A stretch of DNA of 45,686 nt from contig NC_068995.1 of assembly GCF_001194135.2 (NCBI RefSeq), positions 17,911,777-17,957,462 of the forward strand, read 5' to 3'. Positions 39,393-45,686 of the stretch are shown here, piece after piece. Numbering within the stretch: position 1 is the stretch's first letter; the number at the start of each line of letters is the position of its first letter. The notes under the pieces are model-generated. The model did no database searches and was not told the DNA's origin. It worked only from the letters and a program-made list of their open reading frames with translations. The DNA comes from Octopus bimaculoides (Eukaryota). The position numbers and the translations under genes are program-made.

Positions 39393-40650
39393 TTTATCAT
39401 TTGAAAAGTTATATGATAGGGAAGAAGTTAAATTTACGATTTGTGTTTCCAACCATATCTCATGTCATTTATATATATATATATATATATNNNNNNNNNN
39501 NNNNNNNNNNNNNNNNNNNNNNNNNNNNNNNNNNNNNNNNNNNNNNNNNNNNNNNNNNNNNNNNNNNNNNNNNNNNNNNNNNNNNNNNNNNNNNNNNNNN
39601 NNNNNNNNNNNNNNNNNNNNNNNNNNNNNNNNNNNNNNNNNNNNNNNNNNNNNNNNNNNNNNNNNNNNNNNNNNNNNNNNNNNNNNNNNNNNNNNNNNNN
39701 NNNNNNNNNNNNNNNNNNNNNNNNNNNNNNNNNNNNNNNNNNTATATATATATATATATATATATTTTAAGTATTAACACTACCACCGTCCTTTTGCGCA
39801 CGTGACCTCGTATTCCTTGCTAATCACGTAATGCGTATGTAGTACGCTATCCAGACTAACTTTCAGGTATTAATACCAAGCCTATTCTGAGCCACTGAAC
39901 ATTAAAACGTCATATATTTGATATGAAGTCACGCAGTATATATCCCCCTTTCCAGTTCTCTATCAGACTTATCATATAGCTCAAAATATACATTCTCAAT
40001 TATAACACTAATGATTTTCCTGCTCAGTATGTTACGTCACGTTTTTCTAGTCTATAGAATATGGGACTAAGTACCAAGAAGCCTACTCACAAACAAGATT
40101 TTGCAATGACTATTAGACGGAGAAATTGTGATAGTGACAGAACAGACTGCTTGACAGGATGAAGCGATGGAATATTTATAGTTTGAGATTAGAAAAATAT
40201 AATTAAAAAAAGCACCGGGTATATTAAAATTCCTAGGATTGTATTAGTTGTGATATATACATATGCAGAAGGCTGACAATTATTCATGAAGTACTGTATA
40301 TTAGTGTACTTCACCATGTATATTAAACTTTGTATCTACTGTGAATATGTGACGAGTCAATTAATGTGACGCTCTGCTGTCATTTGATGTTTTGGAAATA
40401 GCAACAGCCTTTCCCACAAATAATAATCTGCCGCCATGAAAAATAAAATCGATAACAGCTTTAAATATAGAAATGCTCATTGAAAGTCCAGTTTGATCAC
40501 AGACTGGAAAGCCAGAACAATTTTTCAAGATTAAGATGAGTAGAGATTTGAAAGCATGTCATCTTGGAAATTATTTGGGTATTCAGATGCATACACACAT
40601 AAATACATACATGTATGTATATATACACACACACATATATATATATATAA

Positions 40651-40719
<69 letters not shown>

Positions 40720-40989
40720 NNNNNNNNNNTAACTCTCTATCTCACTCCTCTTTTCCTTTATTACTGTCCTTAGTTTGTCACCCATACCCCCACCACCTAT
40801 ATACTACCTCTGCGCATTCCTTCCCACTCACTAAACCATTTAACCTCATCCCTCCTTCCCCCTTCCCTCACAAAACTCATCCTCTCTGTCCAGTCAGATT
40901 AACTGACCACAAAAAATATACCACTACCATTCCCCACCTGACTCTTTCCTCTATCCCCTTCCCATTCTGTCTTTAAGACTTGACCTATT

Positions 40990-41385
40990 TACCATACATA
41001 CATCTCTCACTTGACTTGGGACATCCTTCAAGTAAACACAAACAATATACCTCGGACACAATATGGCATATATCCACCTCTGCTATTTCAGCCTTTGCTG
41101 CAGCAACTATTTCCGAAAAATTCCCACAAGGATTACTTTACACGGATACTTACTACTGGAATGAAACTACACTCCAAGTACTGTTCTTTCTTCCTTTCTT
41201 TTTTCAGCGCATCATACTCACTCTCACTTCATACTATAACTCTCCGCCTATGGATATAATAATCGCTTCCTTTACTATTTCTGTCTCCGATGAAGGGAAG
41301 TTTTGGATCTTCCCAGAAACAGCTGTAAGACTCTATCCATAAAATATATTTCCAACTTTACCATTGCTCTCTTTATCTTATATAT
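40990..41385 (+). mobile_element. Probable 3' end of a Penelope-like element: GIY-YIG C-terminal relic and hammerhead-bearing terminus
   Basis: QRIILTL (41205-41225) then frameshifted LSAYGYNNRF (41240-41269) resemble the EQRLIFxLGTLxPxGINERF tail I recall for Neptune-type PLE endonucleases. A hammerhead, AT-rich tail and (TA)n gap follow. Confidence 0.5.
41283..41331 (+). ncRNA. Minimal type I hammerhead ribozyme
   Basis: Stem I gtct(41283-86)/agac(41328-31). Core CCGAUGA 41287-93. Stem II gggaag/cttccc, 8-nt loop, flanked by A.A. GAAA 41316-19. Perfect palindromic stem III acagctgt. GUA triplet, predicted cut after 41327. Confidence 0.8.
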
Positions 41386-42547
41386 NNNNNNNNNNNNNNN
41401 NNNNNNNNNNNNNNNNNNNNNNNNNNNNNNNNNNNNNNNNNNNNNNNNNNNNNNNNNNNNNNNNNNNNNNNNNNNNNNNNNNNNNNNNNNNNNNNNNNNN
41501 NNNNNNNNNNNNNNNNNNNNNNNNNNNNNNNNNNNNNNNNNNNNNNNNNNNNNNNNNNNNNNNNNNNNNNNNNNNNNNNNNNNNNNNNNNNNNNNNNNNN
41601 NNNNNNNNNNNNNNNNNNNNNNNNNNNNNNNNNNNNNNNNNNNNNNNNNNNNNNNNNNNNNNNNNNNNNNNNNNNNNNNNNNNNNNNNNNNNNNNNNNNN
41701 NNNNNNNNNNNNNNNNNNNNNNNNNNNNNNNNNNNNNNNNNNNNNNNNNNNNNNNNNNNTATATATATATATATATGGTCATATAGCAGGAGTAATAATA
41801 TAAAAGATTGGGGAGGAGGAAATGAAAGTATATAAGCTAACAGCTAAAGAAAAATCTGGTGATGTCTGCCAATTGTGTCAGTAAGATGTGACTCAGGTCA
41901 AAATTTATTGACACGAGTTAGTTTACTACATTCTAGTTGACCGGTCAGTTTGCCAGTTGGCATGATTTTACATCATTGCAATATATTTATAAAAAGCCAA
42001 GAAGTCAAAACTCACAGGTCAGTTGAGTTTCATTACAAATCAAATACGCCAGAAATATTACGGTTAGTTAAATGTGACATTTGTATGTTTTAGATGGACA
42101 AGATATCATATTAGTCGTCATGCTCTGAATGTATGTGTGTGTGTATGTGCGTGCATATGTGTGTATGTGTGTATATATGTGAATATGATGTGTATGTATG
42201 TATTGTGGGGGGTGGCCGGTTTAATTTGTGTCAACTTAAGTCTACCTCATTACATCAATTCAAGTGACACAAAAGTGTCCCGAAGCAGTGACTGCCGTGT
42301 AAATAGAAATATTGTGAAGAGCAGACTCCACACTCCTCTCTCGGGAGTGTGGCTCATGGCAAGCTGCATCATTGAAACACTCAACTATCAATTATGTCAC
42401 ACCCTAAAATGAATTGGGTGCAAGCAATGGAAAACATCTCACATGACAGTACATGCGGATGTGCCACCAACAAGGAATCACTTTCTTGATTTACAGTGTC
42501 AATGGTGACATTGCCAATGCTATAAATTATGCGTATAGGTATGTGTC

Positions 42548-42935
42548 GTGGAGACGCAATGGTCCAGTGGTTAGGGCAGCGGACTCGCTGTCATAGGATC
42601 GCGGTTTCGATTCCCAAACCTGGCGTTGTGAGTGTTTATTGAGCGAAAACACCTAAAACTCCACGTGGCTCCGGCAGGGGATGGTGGCGAACCCTGCTGT
42701 ACTCTTTCACCATAACTTTCTCTCACTCTTACTTCCTGTTTCTGTTATGCCTGTAATTTAAAGGGTCAGCCTTGTCACACTATGTCACGCTGAATATCCC
42801 CGAGAACTACGTTAATGGTACACGTGTCTGTGGAGTGCTCAGCCACTTGCACGTTAATTTCACGAGCAGGCTGTTCTGTTGATCGGATCAACTGGAACTC
42901 TCGTCGTCGTAAGCGACGGAGTGCCAACAACAACA
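42548..42935 (+). mobile_element. Full-length tRNA-derived SINE family A with (CAA)n tail
   Basis: A box tggtccagtgg, B box ggtttcgattccc, colinear with the reverse complement of 19675-20056, ends gtgccaacaacaaca. Confidence 0.9.
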
Positions 42936-43036
42936 GGTATGTGTGGGTATATGTGAGTGTGTGTATCTGTGTGCATGTGTGGGGGGGTCATGTTTTTGTG
43001 GGCGCGCTTACACGTGTGTCTTTGTTCTAGGAAACC

Positions 43037-43470
43037 GCTTGCTTGCTTCCGTCATGCTCTTGCTTAACAGGGCTTGGGTTATTCTAAGTTAGTAGTCCCA
43101 GAGACGTCATGGTGCACAGAGCCAACCAAGTCCACCAGGGCTTTTCATCGTTGGCATGTCTGCCAGCCCCTCTGCGTCCTCCAAGTTGACGTCGAGCTTC
43201 TGGTGATCTTCCTCAATCACGTCCATTAATCTAATGAGGGACCTACCACCAGACCACCTCCATCACGCAGCTGTTGCGTCGAATGAAAGCAAAACCCTAG
43301 TACGATCTAGCAGGAGACGGAGGACAGGTCTGTACCAGCCCATGCGACGGATAGCTATGAAGTGGGTGCTGCAGAGTGATGCATGCGCGCACCCATTCCT
43401 TTGTTCTAAGAAAGGGCGCCTGCACAAATCTTGAGTCACTACTTTACGACACCAGGTGACCGCGGCTGTA
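43037..43470 (-). mobile_element. 5'-truncated RTE-like LINE 3' fragment with (AAGC)n tail
   Basis: Minus strand RRMGWYRPVLRL..TRVLLSFDATAA*WR..GGRSLIRLMDVIEEDHQKLDVNLEDAEGLA resembles the RWYGHVLR...GRPRTRWMDVI C-terminus of RTE ORFs. A gctt repeat is at 43037-43048. Confidence 0.7.
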
Positions 43471-45654
43471 CGCATTCAGGTCACTAACTGTGGGAACGCC
43501 ATTGCTACATCAAAAAAAATTGTTTATTAATATGGGAGAGCTGTCTAAGAAATAAAAGAAACAGGGTAATACAAAATCGAGCCTGTTGTGCAGCTAAAAT
43601 TTCCGTCACATACTTAATTGTATGAGACAAGGCAGAAATATAGCTCAGCTTATCAGAATAAACTGTGCTCTGGGATAAAAAAAAAAGATTCAACGCACAC
43701 AAGACTAATTGTCATAGAGACAGGTGTAGGATTAACTGCATACCGGTGTTCTTTCGCAGTGGACGATTTGCTGTTCTTCATCTTAGTATGGTTAATAGAA
43801 ATGTGTGGAAATGCGAAGGACAATACATGCATACTGGCTAAAATGTTATGAGTCATTTGGCCAGAAGAATTCCAGTTGAACATAGTCTATGTTCTCCTAG
43901 ATGTGGGTCTAAGTTTCAATATTCGAAACATCTAGCGAAATCAGGGTCCGACAGTGAGATGTTCAGGAACATACACTACCTGGACATATGAACACACACA
44001 CATACACACACACTCACACACACACACACACACATGCACGCACACACACACCCACACACACATACACATATATGTCATAGGTTTCTTATCGTATCAAAAG
44101 TTTTGATATATCAATGAAGGAAATGAATACCGCATTGGAATATCCGATGGTTTATACTCCACTATCGACACCGATAAAGGTCGAGCCACATTTAGAAATG
44201 TTCCCATTATACGAACTCACACCCATGAATTTACCCTGCGAAGGAATCAATGCAGCTGGATTTCTATCAAGATGTCATCGATTAATATGCTATTATACCA
44301 AATGCTATTTACAGTAAGAGTGATAATAATTTTATTTAGCTTTACATAAGATAATTTTCGATGTTTCCTATGTATTTGATTAAAATACTTCTAATATATT
44401 ACTTGAATTTTTAGAACATATTCAAATAGCGCTGTATGTGATATTGGATCGAATAGGATGAAAGAATATATTTTAATAGATTTTTTCGTAAACTCTAATA
44501 TTTCTTCAAGTATCTCATCTACTGAATTGAAATATATACATTTAAATACATAAATTTCTTCTTTACATATGCACAATATCCAATTAGTCTATCGTATACA
44601 CAATAGTTTATAGTGAACTAGAACGATCATGTATCTCATTATATTACAGATAGCAACCTTGTCGTTCAAAATGTAAGTACCTTCAGATATTTGACGTTCA
44701 ACCTGATGTAACGGAAAGAAATAAAATATATCTAATTAAATTACTTGCTATTTCTACCACCTGATGACTCAGACAATTTTATCTTTACCGTCACCTTCGG
44801 TCTAATACCATATACTGAATACGTGAAGATTTGGAGACTGTTTAGATCAAAAGTTATTACTGACATGTACATTAATCCAGGTCATTCAAAAGTAATTTAA
44901 TCATAGATTTGTATAAACGCTGAATATATACATGTACCATAATATTGCAAAATGTCACAACTTTTCATCCAACGAATTTTGAGATTCTTCCCTCTAACCA
45001 TGATAACATATTTAGATAGATTAACATCGTAACTGGAAATGCAAGTTGTACAAATGCAAATGTGGGTTAAAGAGAAAATCAGTCTGTGAAATAAACATTT
45101 GGTTATCACCTGCTGCCTTTATACTGATTGCATGGTTTCAATATACAGAAAGAAATTAAGTGATAGAGCAGCTAGCATCTCAATATTGTACGATCGATTA
45201 AATAATTATTATTACAAACATTCACAGACAGGTAATTGAGTTTGCGAATGAGGGTGTGACGCAGACTCATAAATCTGTGAAGATTTTATCTATGTCAAAA
45301 TCTACTGTTTCCTGCTTACTGTAAATAGAGGAAAAGTTCTTTTTTTCCAGTCATAGTAAATAACCAGATAAAAATTTTAAAAAACTATCAATAACGAATG
45401 AATGAGATAATAGCTCCAATCAACAGCAGTGTGGAAAATTTGTTTTGGTAGGTAGTCAGTTACAGTGAAGTCTACTTGTTCAAATTGTTTTTAGAGGTGG
45501 TCGCTGTGCCTTCTGATGTTGATGCTATCTTGTTGTCAACGAGATACATAAGTATCTATCATCTACAGGTACGTCAAATGACAGGCTGAACCAACTGAAG
45601 TTCCATTTGATTGATCTCCCAACGTATCTTAACAAGGTGGGATACTATTATGAC

Positions 45655-45686
<32 letters not shown>

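Noticed and set aside
40425-40480. gccgccATG Kozak-like start
   Set aside because: Opens only a 15-codon frame, with no splice donor.
42328-42352. 9-bp stem hairpin ccacactcc/ggagtgtgg
   Set aside because: One or two stems of this size are expected by chance in the window.

Overview
Eukaryotic, AT-rich, microsatellite-dense genomic DNA with 14 assembly gaps, most flanked by (TA)n. The mix of tRNA-derived SINEs, RTE and Dong/R4 LINEs, mariner and Penelope-like elements suggests a cephalopod, probably an octopus-type short-read assembly; this is inference. No host protein-coding gene is confidently supported, and almost every long ORF in the track is an N-gap or microsatellite artefact. The window is mostly decayed mobile DNA: a near full-length RTE LINE (about 28.9-32.5 kb), a second RTE 3' fragment, a Dong/R4-like LINE relic, a full-length dead mariner, a mariner-type MITE, a FLYWCH/MULE relic and at least three SINE families. 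The most interesting signal is RNA-structural. Two well-formed minimal type I hammerhead ribozyme motifs lie at 5437-5490 and 41283-41331. Both have palindromic stem III, a GUA cleavage site and the same non-canonical CCGAUGA core, but different helix sequences. A third, degenerate hammerhead candidate is on the minus strand at 4836-4890. Also notable are a 35-bp-arm hairpin within a complex palindromic repeat (4204-4353) and a MULE relic whose domains appear in reversed order. All calls come from reading the sequence by eye; no database search was run.
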